From Candidatus Nanohaloarchaea archaeon (lineage in GTDB: Archaea; Nanohalarchaeota; Nanosalinia; Nanosalinales; Nanosalinaceae): a stretch of 64,000 nucleotides of DNA. The position numbers and the translations under genes were made by a program. The notes under the pieces were generated by a model. That model ran no database searches. It saw nothing but the letters and a program-made list of their open reading frames with translations, and was not told where the DNA came from. The stretch covers positions 512,001 to 576,000 of the forward strand of contig CP046106.1 of NCBI GenBank assembly GCA_013343275.1, given 5' to 3'. Below are positions 28,415 through 38,467 of this stretch, piece after piece (the stretch's first letter is position 1; the number at the start of each line of letters is the position of its first letter).

Positions 28415-29065
28415 CTATTTCTTCCTCATTTTCAGGAAAAGATGATCTTTCTCGTAAGGTTCAAGCCTTACTTCATCTAAAACATCAAAACTCTCCTTCA
28501 ATTTCTCTCTAGCCTCTTCAAAGACCTCTTCCGGATCTCTGGATGAGGAAATTGACTGAGCCTTTATAGCGATAAGGCCTACTCCATTTTCTTTGAGGAA
28601 TTTCTCTGCGTTCTTGTTGAAGATTTCAGGTTGATCTCTCTGAGAGATATCCTGGAATACAACATCTACTTCCGGCACCAAATCTTCGTAGTCCTCAGGC
28701 TTCCTTGCGTCTGCTATTATTGGTGCAATATTCTCACGGCTATCTGCTACCTTAACCAGATCTCTACCAACGGTTTCTGAGTACTCAACTGCAAAGACGA
28801 AGCCTTCCTCCAGAATATCGGAGAAATGTGATACAGTAGTTCCCGAAGCGGCACCAAGATAGAGTACATCATCACTCTGAGATAGGTCTAGGTCTATACC
28901 ATTCTTTACTGCTGCTGCAACTTTTGACCTGTTTGCATGCCAGGCCCTGTACTCTACACCATCAATCTCCTGCAGAGACTCTCCATAGACTTTCTCACCA
29001 GGAACCTGATTCTTAGTATACAGATTATCGTTTTGTGAGAAGATTCCAGGCTGTATTTCCTCCAT
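28415..29065 (-). CDS. flpA: Fibrillarin-like rRNA/tRNA 2'-O-methyltransferase
   Basis: VYGE, RSKVAAA, LYLGAASGTTVSH, LEPYEKDH. Confidence 0.96.
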   Translation of the reverse strand: MEEIQPGIFSQNDNLYTKNQVPGEKVYGESLQEIDGVEYRAWHANRSKVAAAVKNGIDLDLSQSDDVLYLGAASGTTVSHFSDILEEGFVFAVEYSETVGRDLVKVADSRENIAPIIADARKPEDYEDLVPEVDVVFQDISQRDQPEIFNKNAEKFLKENGVGLIAIKAQSISSSRDPEEVFEEAREKLKESFDVLDEVRLEPYEKDHLFLKMRKK

Positions 29066-29067
29066 AT

Positions 29068-29838
29068 CTACTCGGCCTCTTTCAGTTCTTCATACTTTTC
29101 GCGGGCCTTCTCCCTGTACTCCGATCCTTTCTCTTTGTCGCTGTACTGGTCGACTCGTGCAGCCATAGCTGCTTTGTTAGCCAGGAAACGGGCCATCTTC
29201 CCGCGTTTATCTTCTGGCAAAGTGTTGACGTATTCGTGCTCGAAGATTATTCCATGCTTCGGCGGAGTTCCCTCTCCTCTCAGATACCGGAACAATGCCT
29301 TCTCGGCGCCGAGCATCTGGATTGTGGAAGCAGGTTTCTTCGCCAGTTCTTCAAGGCCTCCCGCCAGCGACATCAGCCTTGCAGCCAGAAGAGGGCCTAG
29401 AAGAGTGGAAATATTGGACGCGTTCTGCTTCATGGCCTCTTCGACGTAGTCCTCCAGCTCGTCCATCGTTTCCTGCTTGTTCTTCAGCATTTCGAACGAT
29501 TTCTCCAGCATCTCCAGGTCTTCCTCCTGCAAGGCCTTTCCTGTAGATTCCTCTGCCAGAGATTCGAATCCCTTGACCTCTTCTCTCTTCAGGCCTCCTT
29601 TCGACAGTATCTTCAGGATATGTTCGTCTTCAGAAAGCTCGTTCATCAATTCGGGAAAGTAAATCGAGTACCAGTCCTTGAATCTCTCGAACTCGTCCTG
29701 AAAGCTTCCATTGGCTTCATCCAGCATTTTTACGGCCTTGATAACTAGCTGGTCTTTATCTGCTTCCTCCCGCAGCTGCGACTTCGCTCTCTCCAGAGCC
29801 TTTTCTCTCTTATCGTTTTTATCTGTCAACCTGGTCAC
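29068..29838 (-). CDS. nop5: Box C/D RNP protein Nop5
   Basis: WYSIYFPEL, PASTIQMLGAEKALF, PKHGII, GKMARFLA. Confidence 0.95.
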   Translation of the reverse strand: MTRLTDKNDKREKALERAKSQLREEADKDQLVIKAVKMLDEANGSFQDEFERFKDWYSIYFPELMNELSEDEHILKILSKGGLKREEVKGFESLAEESTGKALQEEDLEMLEKSFEMLKNKQETMDELEDYVEEAMKQNASNISTLLGPLLAARLMSLAGGLEELAKKPASTIQMLGAEKALFRYLRGEGTPPKHGIIFEHEYVNTLPEDKRGKMARFLANKAAMAARVDQYSDKEKGSEYREKAREKYEELKEAE

Positions 29839-30226
29839 CTAGGCCCATTATTCTGAGCTGCATTTCAACTGCTCGCGGACTTCTATCCAGTTCCTCGGCT
29901 ATCTCGTCAACTGTTTTAGCCTGGTAATTCTGTAGAATGAATTTTTCCTCGGTACTGGAGAAGCTGCCATGGTCTTCTCTCTGGAAATCTTTCTCTCCTT
30001 TCAGAAACTCCTCCATTTCCTCGTTATCCATACTTGTACGGTTCTGAGCCAGGAACTCCAGCTCTTCACTGCTCCAGTTAGTATTTTTGGAGTTGGCCTC
30101 CGACTCAAGTTTTTCATCGAACTCATTCGACTTATCCAGTTCGAAGCCTTCAGAGCCTCCGAACTCTTCCTTAAGCATATCGCGAGTTGAATCAACCAGT
30201 TGATCCTCAAAGTTTTCCTCTTCCAT
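29819..30226 (-). CDS. Hypothetical protein with two Myb/SANT-like HTH repeats
   Basis: WSSEELEFL and FSSTEEKFILQNYQAKTVDEIAEELDRSPRAVEMQ. Confidence 0.6.
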   Translation of the reverse strand: MEEENFEDQLVDSTRDMLKEEFGGSEGFELDKSNEFDEKLESEANSKNTNWSSEELEFLAQNRTSMDNEEMEEFLKGEKDFQREDHGSFSSTEEKFILQNYQAKTVDEIAEELDRSPRAVEMQLRIMGLGDQVDR

Positions 30227-30336
30227 AACAAGGTACTGTCCTCTAAAGTTTGAAAACCTTACCGCAAGGCCAACCTCACAAAACATCGAGGTATTTAAGA
30301 AAATAACCGAATAAACCTAGCATACAGTTCCAACGT

Positions 30337-30408
30337 GCGGTGTTGGTCCAGTGGCTAAGACCCCGGCCTTCCAAGCCGGTGACCCGGGTTCAAATCCCGG
30401 ACGCCGCA
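30337..30408 (+). tRNA. tRNA-Gly(TCC)
   Basis: GCGGTGT/ACGCCGC acceptor stem, CCGGC-CT-TCC-AA-GCCGG anticodon arm, GGTTCAAATCC; CCA not encoded. Confidence 0.97.
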
Positions 30409-30546
30409 AATTTCTCTGGAATTTGCTTGATTAAGAAAATCTCCTGATTTTCGGACGCCGCAAAACTTCTGAAAGTTTTATCATCATAAGCCATGCACTG
30501 CATGGCTTCCGGATTTAGCAGAAGATTTCTAATCTTCGGCACCGCA
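30398..30546 (+). repeat. Duplicated tRNA-Gly 3' ends separated by hairpin-rich mini-elements
   Basis: CGGACGCCGCAAA at 30398 and 30452, degenerate CGGCACCGCA at 30537; multiple short inverted repeats between them. Confidence 0.8.
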
Positions 30547-30642
30547 TCCAGAAACATTTCCTTTGCTACTCTAACTTTCGATAGGAAGTTCATGTAGGTT
30601 CCAGAGTTTATTCTTAAAACTGAGCGGTCAAAATCTAGGTGT

Positions 30643-31542
30643 ATGAAGGATCAGAACCCTCTAGATGAGGACTGGGATTACCTGATTATCCTGGACGCAT
30701 GCAGATACGACTTCTTCGAGCAAGTTTACAGCGACTACCTGAAAGGAAAACTTGAGAAAAGAAAGAGCGTGGCCTCTTCAACACCTGAGTGGGCAGCAAA
30801 AACATTTACAGGCCAGCACGATTTAACGTATTTCTCCTCCAATCCTTTCATCAATGGAGCAGGCCTTCCACTGAACGATATCGAATGGGGTTCAAGCTGC
30901 GGCTACGAGTGGAACGGAGAAGAGCACATAACAGATATCGTGGACGTATGGCACGAGGCCTGGGATGACGAGCTAGGTACGGTTACTCCTGAAGGCATGA
31001 ACGAAGTTGTGCTCGATAATCTTGATAGAACAGAAGATACTGAACGAACTATTATCCACTATATGCAGCCCCACGCACCTTATATCACGAAAGGTAGAGG
31101 CCGTAAAGTGGAGAAGATCAGGAAAAGCTTCAAGGAGGCTAAAGAGGCCGGTGAAGAAAATGATAACGAAGAAAGCGGCGTCCTCTCTACTGTAGGAGAT
31201 GTTGTAAGGCCTAAGTTCGAGGATATAGTTGAGGACAGCACTCTGGCGATGAAACTGGGCATGTGGGTCGAGCTTGACCCTTCAAGCCTTCTATCCGTAG
31301 GCCGTAACGGTACACGGGAAACACTGGAGGAGTACTACGAGGAGAACCTGCGGCTGGCTATGGAGCAGGTCGTAGAGCTGGTTCAGGAGCTCGACGGCAA
31401 AGTGGTTGTCACCTCTGATCATGGAGAGGCCTTTGGCGAGCAGGGGGTCTGGGAGCACCATATCGAGACACATATCCCTGCATTGATCGAGGTTCCGTGG
31501 CTGGAAGTTGAAGGAGTTAAAGAGGATCATCCAGAGCAATGA
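30643..31542 (+). CDS. Alkaline phosphatase/sulfatase superfamily protein
   Basis: LIILDACRYD, HYMQPHAPY, TSDHGEAFGE, VPW. Confidence 0.85.
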   Translation: MKDQNPLDEDWDYLIILDACRYDFFEQVYSDYLKGKLEKRKSVASSTPEWAAKTFTGQHDLTYFSSNPFINGAGLPLNDIEWGSSCGYEWNGEEHITDIVDVWHEAWDDELGTVTPEGMNEVVLDNLDRTEDTERTIIHYMQPHAPYITKGRGRKVEKIRKSFKEAKEAGEENDNEESGVLSTVGDVVRPKFEDIVEDSTLAMKLGMWVELDPSSLLSVGRNGTRETLEEYYEENLRLAMEQVVELVQELDGKVVVTSDHGEAFGEQGVWEHHIETHIPALIEVPWLEVEGVKEDHPEQ

Positions 31543-32066
31543 TTACTGTTCCTGAGGCCGATTACTGTCCTGTCTGCGGCACCGAGCTCGGCGATAAAGA
31601 AGTTGAAGGCCGCAAAAGGCTTTTCTGCAGCAGCTGCGATCAGGTAATCTGGAGAAATCCGAAGCCGGCGGCAGGTGTACTTCTGCAGAAAGATTCCGGT
31701 GAGATACTGTTGGTTAAGCGAGGTAACTGGCCTAACATCGGCACATGGAGCATTCCTGCAGGATTTATTGAGCAGGATGAACGGCCTGTGAAGGCTGCTG
31801 CGCGCGAGCTCGGGGAGGAGACTTCGCTGGAAGTTGATACAGATGACCTGGAGCTTGTCGGCGACTTGATGGTTCAGCATCCTGACGGCAAGTATGTGAT
31901 CGTCATAACCTTTTCCACCGATATCTCCAGCATTAAGGGAGAGCTTTCTGCAGGAGATGATGCACAGGAGGCCCGTTTCTGGAATCTGGAGGATATCCAA
32001 AGCTCTGAAGAGGAGCTTGAGTCAGAGGCCCTTGAGAGTTTTCTGCAGGAGAATTCGCGAGATTGA
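31539..32066 (+). CDS. NUDIX hydrolase with N-terminal Zn ribbon
   Basis: CPVCG/CSSC; Nudix box GFIEQDERPVKAAARELGEETSL; AGDDA. Confidence 0.92.
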   Translation: MITVPEADYCPVCGTELGDKEVEGRKRLFCSSCDQVIWRNPKPAAGVLLQKDSGEILLVKRGNWPNIGTWSIPAGFIEQDERPVKAAARELGEETSLEVDTDDLELVGDLMVQHPDGKYVIVITFSTDISSIKGELSAGDDAQEARFWNLEDIQSSEEELESEALESFLQENSRD

Positions 32067-32098
32067 TTTTTTATCTCTTCAGATTCCCTGATATAGTT

Positions 32099-33874
32099 AT
32101 GACAGTTAGAGAGAGGGATGAGATCTCGGACGAGTACAAATGGGATGTCGAAAAAGTTTACAGTTCTGTAGATGAATGGGAGAAAGACTTTGAGAAAGCG
32201 AAAAACTTAATTGAAGACCTGAAGGAGTACGAAGGACGGGTTATGAGCAGCCCTGAGGAGTTCTCCAAGTTTATGGATGATTACTCCGAGGCCAAGATCC
32301 TTGTCAGCAGGCTTTCTTCCTATGCAAGCATGAGAAGAGACGAAGATACCCGCAGGGAGGAGTTCCAGTCCCTTGCTGCCAAAGCAAGCTCTCTTTCCAG
32401 TAAGCTGTCATCAGATACAAGTTTTGTTGAGATAGAGATACAGAATGCTTCGGAGGAGGAGTACCGCGAGATAGTTGAGGACAGTGAGACGGAGGAATAC
32501 TCTCACTTCCTTGAGAAGATCAGGGACAGAAAAGACCATACGAGATCTAAAGAGATCGAGCAGATTCTTTCAAACCTGGGAGAAGTCCTATCCAGTCCGA
32601 GCGATATCTACTCTACATTCACCAATGCAGACCTGAGCTTCCCCTCTGTAGAGAAAGACGGCGAGGAAGTAGAGATAACACAGTCAAACTTCACCAAACT
32701 ACTGAAAAACAGTGACAGAGGCCTAAGAAAAGAGGTCTACCAGAAGTTCTACGATAGATTTAATGAGTTCGATAATACTGTTGCACAGAGCCTGGACAAG
32801 GAGGCCCGTACCAACTCCAAGTTCGCCGATATAAGAGACTACAGTTCGTCGCTTGAATCAGCTCTCGACAGCAAGAACATACCTGTAGATGTCTTCAACA
32901 GTCTAGTGGATACTGTCAACTCGAACCTCGGGACTCTTCACCGCCACCAGGATCTGAAGAGAGATGTCCTAGGTGTTGACGAGCTAAAGATGTGGGACGT
33001 CTACATGCCGATGGCAGACTCCGATACAGAGATAAGTTACGAGGAGGCCAAGGGACACATTTTGAATGCTCTGGAGCCTCTGGGCGATGAGTACGTTGAG
33101 GTAGCTCGTAGAGGCTTGGAATCCGGCTGGGTTGATGTCTACGAGAACAAAGGAAAGCGGCCAGGCGGGTACAGCGGAGGCTCTTACGACACCGATCCTT
33201 ACATCTTGATGAATTTCCAGAACGATATCCAGTCGATGTACACGCTGGCCCACGAACTCGGTCACTCAATGCACTCCTACTTCGCCGAGGAAGAGCAACC
33301 TTACATCTACAGCAACTACGGTATCTTCCTAGCAGAAATCGCCTCAAAAGTAAACGAACAGCTTCTTACAGAATATCTGTTGAACGAAGTCGAAGATGAC
33401 GCTCTGAAGAAGCATGTACTTGATTACCAGCTCGAAAACTTCCGCAGCACCTTATTCAGACAGACCATGTTCGCTGAGTTCGAGAAAGAGATACATGAAT
33501 CTGTTGAAGAAGGTGAGGTACTGACCTCCGGCCAGTTAAACGAGAAGTACGGCGAGATAAAGCAGAAATACTATCAGAACGCCGATATAGATGACAGAAT
33601 CAAGAGGGAGTGGATGAGAATACCTCACTTCTACTACAACTTCTATGTCTTCCAGTATGCTACAGGTATTTCTATAGCGACCTATATCCGCGAGGAAGTT
33701 ATCGAGAACGGCCGTAAAGACGATTATATAGAGATTCTGAAGTCTGGCGGTAGAGAGTTCCCGCTGGAGACTCTAGATTTGATGGATATAGATCCAGACA
33801 GTGAGACATTTAGCGAGGCCATTGACCAGTACAGAGAGTATCTTGATAAGGCCGAGGAACTGTTTCAGAGCTAG
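32099..33874 (+). CDS. pepF: Oligoendopeptidase F (M3B)
   Basis: HELGHSMHS, AEIAS, FRQTMFAEFE, WMRIPHFYYNFYVFQYATG. Confidence 0.95.
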   Translation: MTVRERDEISDEYKWDVEKVYSSVDEWEKDFEKAKNLIEDLKEYEGRVMSSPEEFSKFMDDYSEAKILVSRLSSYASMRRDEDTRREEFQSLAAKASSLSSKLSSDTSFVEIEIQNASEEEYREIVEDSETEEYSHFLEKIRDRKDHTRSKEIEQILSNLGEVLSSPSDIYSTFTNADLSFPSVEKDGEEVEITQSNFTKLLKNSDRGLRKEVYQKFYDRFNEFDNTVAQSLDKEARTNSKFADIRDYSSSLESALDSKNIPVDVFNSLVDTVNSNLGTLHRHQDLKRDVLGVDELKMWDVYMPMADSDTEISYEEAKGHILNALEPLGDEYVEVARRGLESGWVDVYENKGKRPGGYSGGSYDTDPYILMNFQNDIQSMYTLAHELGHSMHSYFAEEEQPYIYSNYGIFLAEIASKVNEQLLTEYLLNEVEDDALKKHVLDYQLENFRSTLFRQTMFAEFEKEIHESVEEGEVLTSGQLNEKYGEIKQKYYQNADIDDRIKREWMRIPHFYYNFYVFQYATGISIATYIREEVIENGRKDDYIEILKSGGREFPLETLDLMDIDPDSETFSEAIDQYREYLDKAEELFQS

Positions 33875-33919
33875 CTCTAGCCCCCAAGAATTTTATCATT
33901 ATTCATTTACTTTCTATCT

Positions 33920-34885
33920 ATGAAGTTCGACGATCCTGTTTACGGCGAGCAGACTGTAGAAAACGAAGTTCTCAAAGCGCTTATCAAGTCTGAGCCGGTC
34001 CAGAGATTGAAGGACGTGCATCAGGCAGGCCCTCAGCCATTCTTCACTGATAAAGAGCCTGTTACAAGGTTTGAGCATTCTCTGGGAGTTATGTTCCTGC
34101 TGAGAGAGCACGGTGCAAGCCTGGAGGAGCAGATTGCAGGCCTGCTGCATGATGTGCCACATACTGCGTTCTCTCACGTAGTTGATTTCATGTACGACAC
34201 CGAGGACCACGATTATCACGAGGATTTCCTTGAAGAGGTGATCTATGAGTCAAATATTCCTGAGATTCTGGAGATGCACGATCTGGATATAGATTACATA
34301 CTGGATGAGTCGAACTTCAAGCTGCTGGAGCGGGATATGCCTGATCTCTGTGCTGACAGGATAGATTACTTCCTGCGGGACAGCAAAGTTGTAGGCGGTA
34401 AAGATATTCAAGGACTGCTAGAGGGCCTTACTGTAGAAGACAACAAGTTCGTGCTGGAGGACGAAGGCGTAGGCGAAAGATTTGCCCGAAGATTTATCCA
34501 GGCCGACAGGCAGTGGTGGGCTGAACCAAAAGAGGTCGCTATCAATGAAATATTTGCGCAGGCCCTCCGCAGAGCTATGGATATAGATCTGATCGACGAG
34601 GAAGACCTGTTCAAGACTGATGAAGAGGTCCTTGAGATCTTAAGAGAATCTGACGATGAGAAAATCCAGGAGAAGCTGGAAACTCTGGATGAAGGTTTTG
34701 AAGTAGAGCTTGACTGGGATGACTACGACTTCCTTGTGGAGACAAAGGCCCGCTTCGTCGATCCAGAAGTGAAGGAGAACGGCGAGTTAACCAGAGTAAC
34801 CAATGTCTCCCGCGAGATAGGCCATATGATTGAAGAACATAAGGAGGAAGTTGAGGAAGGCTATCACATCAAGATCAAAGACTAG
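33920..34885 (+). CDS. HD-domain phosphohydrolase
   Basis: RFEHSLG, LLHDVPHTAFSH, ADRIDYFLRD. Confidence 0.9.
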   Translation: MKFDDPVYGEQTVENEVLKALIKSEPVQRLKDVHQAGPQPFFTDKEPVTRFEHSLGVMFLLREHGASLEEQIAGLLHDVPHTAFSHVVDFMYDTEDHDYHEDFLEEVIYESNIPEILEMHDLDIDYILDESNFKLLERDMPDLCADRIDYFLRDSKVVGGKDIQGLLEGLTVEDNKFVLEDEGVGERFARRFIQADRQWWAEPKEVAINEIFAQALRRAMDIDLIDEEDLFKTDEEVLEILRESDDEKIQEKLETLDEGFEVELDWDDYDFLVETKARFVDPEVKENGELTRVTNVSREIGHMIEEHKEEVEEGYHIKIKD

Positions 34886-35208
34886 AAACCTTGCATCCCG
34901 GGAAGATGGCCTAGCTCGTCCTGAGCTTCATCACTCATTTTTTCAGGACTCCAGCGCGGTTCAAAGGTAAGTTCAACTTCGATATCTCTTTCATTTACTT
35001 CCTCTATCTTACCTACCTCTCTTTTCACCATTTCATCGAACACGCCATGAAGAGGGCACCCTGGTGTGGTCAAGGTCATCAGTATATCTACTTCTCCTTC
35101 TTCAGTAGTATCTATCTCGTAGATAAGGCCGAGATCCACTATATTGATATCCAGCTCCGGATCCATTACTTCTTTCAGCTGTTCCCTAACTCTTTCTTCC
35201 GTTACCAT
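34882..35208 (-). CDS. sufT: SufT/DUF59 Fe-S maturation protein
   Basis: DPELDINIVDLGLIY, MTLTTPGCP, FEPRW. Confidence 0.9.
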   Translation of the reverse strand: MVTEERVREQLKEVMDPELDINIVDLGLIYEIDTTEEGEVDILMTLTTPGCPLHGVFDEMVKREVGKIEEVNERDIEVELTFEPRWSPEKMSDEAQDELGHLPGMQGF

Positions 35209-35254
35209 CTTTACAGTTGTGTAAAGGGCCTGCGAATTTTATAAGGTAAACTTT

Positions 35255-35692
35255 TTAGATCAGGTTGTCCGCAGTCGCTGCACCTATGACTGAGAAAACT
35301 GAGATCATTGATACCAGTTTCAGCAGATGTAGAGAATTCTGTGCGAAGACCTCTTCAGCTGCAGTAATGCTGAGAAGGAAAAGCACGGTACCGAAGGAGA
35401 CAGTCATCAGTGAGATGTACCGGACCGTTACACCCATGAACTGTCTCTCACTATCCCAATCCCTATCGCGTTTAGCAACGTAGAGAATTCCATGACCCAG
35501 GAAAAGAGTAACCAGGATGCTTAGAGATGTCTGGAACAGGGATGTAGCTGCGGCCATCCTCCAGACCTCTTGGGTGAAGAGAAACGGAGCTGTCAGTATT
35601 GCGCTGCCTGTCACCTGCTGGAAGAAGTCATCGGCTCCGAAAGGATAGCCTTCCTCGGCCTTCAGAAGTATCTCTCTTATCATATCAACCAC
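35255..35692 (-). CDS. DUF2391-like membrane protein
   Basis: QQVTGSAILTAPFLFTQEVW; GAATAD C-terminus. Confidence 0.7.
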   Translation of the reverse strand: MVDMIREILLKAEEGYPFGADDFFQQVTGSAILTAPFLFTQEVWRMAAATSLFQTSLSILVTLFLGHGILYVAKRDRDWDSERQFMGVTVRYISLMTVSFGTVLFLLSITAAEEVFAQNSLHLLKLVSMISVFSVIGAATADNLI

Positions 35693-37341
35693 AGCACCAT
35701 CAGCACGTACATACTGATCAAGGCTAGTGGAAGCAGCCGGATCATTATATTTATGCTGTAGATAAGGCCTTGGTAATCCGACTGTAAAAGCTTTACTCCT
35801 TCAGCCTTCCCAGTTCCCAGGCCTATACCTGCTTCTCCCAGAGTCTCTTTTGCCCTTGCAATACTTTCTCTGAGTCTGTTCTCATCTACACGGCTGCCTT
35901 TAGCCATTTCATGGATGCTCGCATGAGTGTCAGTAGTGAAGAAAACTGCTTCATCAAAATCCTCATTAATACTTTCATGCAGCTCCTGCAGTCTCTCAGT
36001 AGATCCATTACCTTCTATACCATATACAAGCGTTCTCTGACCGTCAACCTCTTCAACCCAGGTAAACACCGGTATATCGCCTGTTAAATCGGTGTCGAAA
36101 CCAGCATTATACTCTGAAACCTCCTGATCTTCGAGTTCGGAAACGAAGTCCTTGAGCATCCTCCTTAACTCCTCGGCCTTCGCTGTATCAGACCATACAA
36201 CCTGACTTGTCTCTTCATCGATGTGATTATGCAAGTCAACCACTAGAGTAGAGTCAAGATCGACACAGTCTCTCACAACAGACATTTCATAGTCATCGTA
36301 ATCCGGAATCTGCATGAAAACCAGGTTCTTACCATCAAACCTTCTGCCATAAAGCGTACCCAAGCTGTAATCTTTCTTGATCATCTTCGAGGCCTCGTCA
36401 TACATCTCCGGTCTCTCAACCTCATCCAGTATCTTTTCAGCATCGTCAGGATCCGCCATATCGGCCTCATGGTTGGAAGGGACGTGCATGAAGAACCCAT
36501 TTCCAACACCCTGATTCAGCTTCTCGATCACAGTAGTAGAGAGCTCTCCACCACCAAAAGCGCCGAGAGGACCAGGATGCACCCATGGAACACCTATAGT
36601 AGCTTTTCCTTCCTCGTTCTCTATCTGAAGAGTATGTACTTCCGGGTTAGCAGGATAGCCAAGATCTAGAGCCTGCTGTTTTTTCTGGAGAAGGCCAGAG
36701 GTAAGGTTGAAGGCCGAGACGTTTGATACGTTGCTTCCAACCAGATACTGTATTACGTGAAGCAGTAATCCGAGGACCAGGCCTGTAAAGAGTAGTACTC
36801 CCAGGTTTGAGGCGTAGTCCCACCATCTGAACTGCAGGAACGGCGACAGGTAGTGGTTGCCGACGAGTAGAACTATCAAGGGCTGGATCAAACTTACGAG
36901 AACAATCTTCTTGAGATGCTTCGAACCTAAAGTTAGTGTCAGTACGAGAGTGTTAACCAGGAAAAGCGTTATCAGGCCCAGCCATACGATTCTCCAGGCG
37001 TTTACGCTGCTGTTGGCGCCTGTAAGTATCATTCCAAACACGAATGTGAAGAACTGGTTAGCTGCTACCAGGAAGTACCCCCAGTGTCTTGGATAGTCGG
37101 GGAGCACCAGCGTGTATATCTCTCCTGCAACCAGGGCAGGCAGAATAAACAGCATTACCGCCAGGTAGAAAACCATGCTTGGCTCTATAGGTATTGCAGT
37201 AAACTTTGAGAACCCTAGATACATGAGGGAAGAGTAGAGAAAACTCAGAAAGGTCATCGCGATCAGGCTAGTTCTGACCTCAGGGATTCTGAAAATTATC
37301 CATTCAAAAGACTCCACGTTATCCATTCCCATCTTCTTCAT
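35680..37341 (-). CDS. DUF2070-like membrane protein
   Basis: N-terminal TMs; VHPGPLGAFGGG, VDLHN, TTDTH. Confidence 0.78.
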   Translation of the reverse strand: MKKMGMDNVESFEWIIFRIPEVRTSLIAMTFLSFLYSSLMYLGFSKFTAIPIEPSMVFYLAVMLFILPALVAGEIYTLVLPDYPRHWGYFLVAANQFFTFVFGMILTGANSSVNAWRIVWLGLITLFLVNTLVLTLTLGSKHLKKIVLVSLIQPLIVLLVGNHYLSPFLQFRWWDYASNLGVLLFTGLVLGLLLHVIQYLVGSNVSNVSAFNLTSGLLQKKQQALDLGYPANPEVHTLQIENEEGKATIGVPWVHPGPLGAFGGGELSTTVIEKLNQGVGNGFFMHVPSNHEADMADPDDAEKILDEVERPEMYDEASKMIKKDYSLGTLYGRRFDGKNLVFMQIPDYDDYEMSVVRDCVDLDSTLVVDLHNHIDEETSQVVWSDTAKAEELRRMLKDFVSELEDQEVSEYNAGFDTDLTGDIPVFTWVEEVDGQRTLVYGIEGNGSTERLQELHESINEDFDEAVFFTTDTHASIHEMAKGSRVDENRLRESIARAKETLGEAGIGLGTGKAEGVKLLQSDYQGLIYSINIMIRLLPLALISMYVLMVLWLI

Positions 37342-38380
37342 CTAACCTCCGGTAAATATCTTCAAGCTGCTCTATAGTAGTTGCAAGAGAGTATCTCTCA
37401 ACAGCCTCTCTACATCTATAATTACTGTTCAAAGCCTTACTAATAGCCTTGGCCATACTTTCCTCATCATCCAGGTCAAATCTTTCGCCATTCTCCTCTC
37501 CTATAGTTTCATCGAAAGGCGGATTGTCAGCAGCTACAACCGGCGTACCGCACGCATTGGCCTCCAGAGGAGAAAGACCTAAAGTATCTCCAGTAGAGGC
37601 CGTTACAAACGCATCAAGCCCGGAATAGAAACCAGGCAGATCCTCTCTATCGAGGAAGTCATGGAAGTAAACATTTTCCCCAGCCTTCTCCACCAGTTGC
37701 TCTTTCTGAGGGCCTTCACCCACTATAACCACCGATCCATCGAACTCTTCAGCAAACTCAACAGTCCTGTCAACATTCTTTTCTGGACTTAAACGACCTG
37801 AATAACCTATTACAGGCCTCTCGACATCCATCTCATCTATTATACTTTCATCTTGGGGCTGGAAAAACTGCATGTCGAGGCCTACAGGTAGCTTCAGGAA
37901 ATCTATATCACGGTTTATTCGGCTGGTGGATGCTGTAACCACATCGAACCGGCGCAGAAAATAGGTCTCCATTCTGCGGTAAATTGCTTTCGCCACTTTC
38001 AGTACCGCTCTGTTCTGCACAGCGTTCTGGAAGTATTCTTCTATAGGTGTGTGGTGTGTGTAGATCGCAGGAATGCTGTTCATCTTGGCGTAAACCATGC
38101 CAGACCATCCAAGAGAGGCCGGGCCGTGACAGTGAACTATATCCAGGTCAGGTAGACTGGAAGGCCTTACAGGGATCGGAATCCTGTAACCCTGGTAGAA
38201 AGGATTGGAGAAAGAATGTATCGGTATCTCGTTTTCCGAAGGCTCATACTCCGGAGAGTAAGGATAGAAAATATAGACCTCATGGCCTCGCTCCTCGAGA
38301 CGTTCCTTCCAGGCCTTCAAAGTGTACGTTACACCATCCAGACCCGGGAAATAGCTTTCTGTGAAAAAGCCTATCTTCAT
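37319..38380 (-). CDS. GT4 glycosyltransferase (monoglycosyl-lipid synthase-like)
   Basis: MKIGFFTESYFP..DGV, HTP, GRLSPEK, LEANACGTPV. Confidence 0.88.
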   Translation of the reverse strand: MKIGFFTESYFPGLDGVTYTLKAWKERLEERGHEVYIFYPYSPEYEPSENEIPIHSFSNPFYQGYRIPIPVRPSSLPDLDIVHCHGPASLGWSGMVYAKMNSIPAIYTHHTPIEEYFQNAVQNRAVLKVAKAIYRRMETYFLRRFDVVTASTSRINRDIDFLKLPVGLDMQFFQPQDESIIDEMDVERPVIGYSGRLSPEKNVDRTVEFAEEFDGSVVIVGEGPQKEQLVEKAGENVYFHDFLDREDLPGFYSGLDAFVTASTGDTLGLSPLEANACGTPVVAADNPPFDETIGEENGERFDLDDEESMAKAISKALNSNYRCREAVERYSLATTIEQLEDIYRRLDEEDGNG

Positions 38381-38467
38381 CCTGTAAACGAAGATTAAGC
38401 ATTCAGTATTTTAAACCGTCCACCTTTAAACCGCAGACAGAAACAGGTAAAACACAGTAAAGATCTT

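Noticed and set aside
30398-30546. CRISPR array or prophage at tRNA-Gly
   Set aside because: Repeats are 10-13 bp with unequal spacing and structured spacers, and there are no cas or integrase genes; reported as a mini-element array instead.
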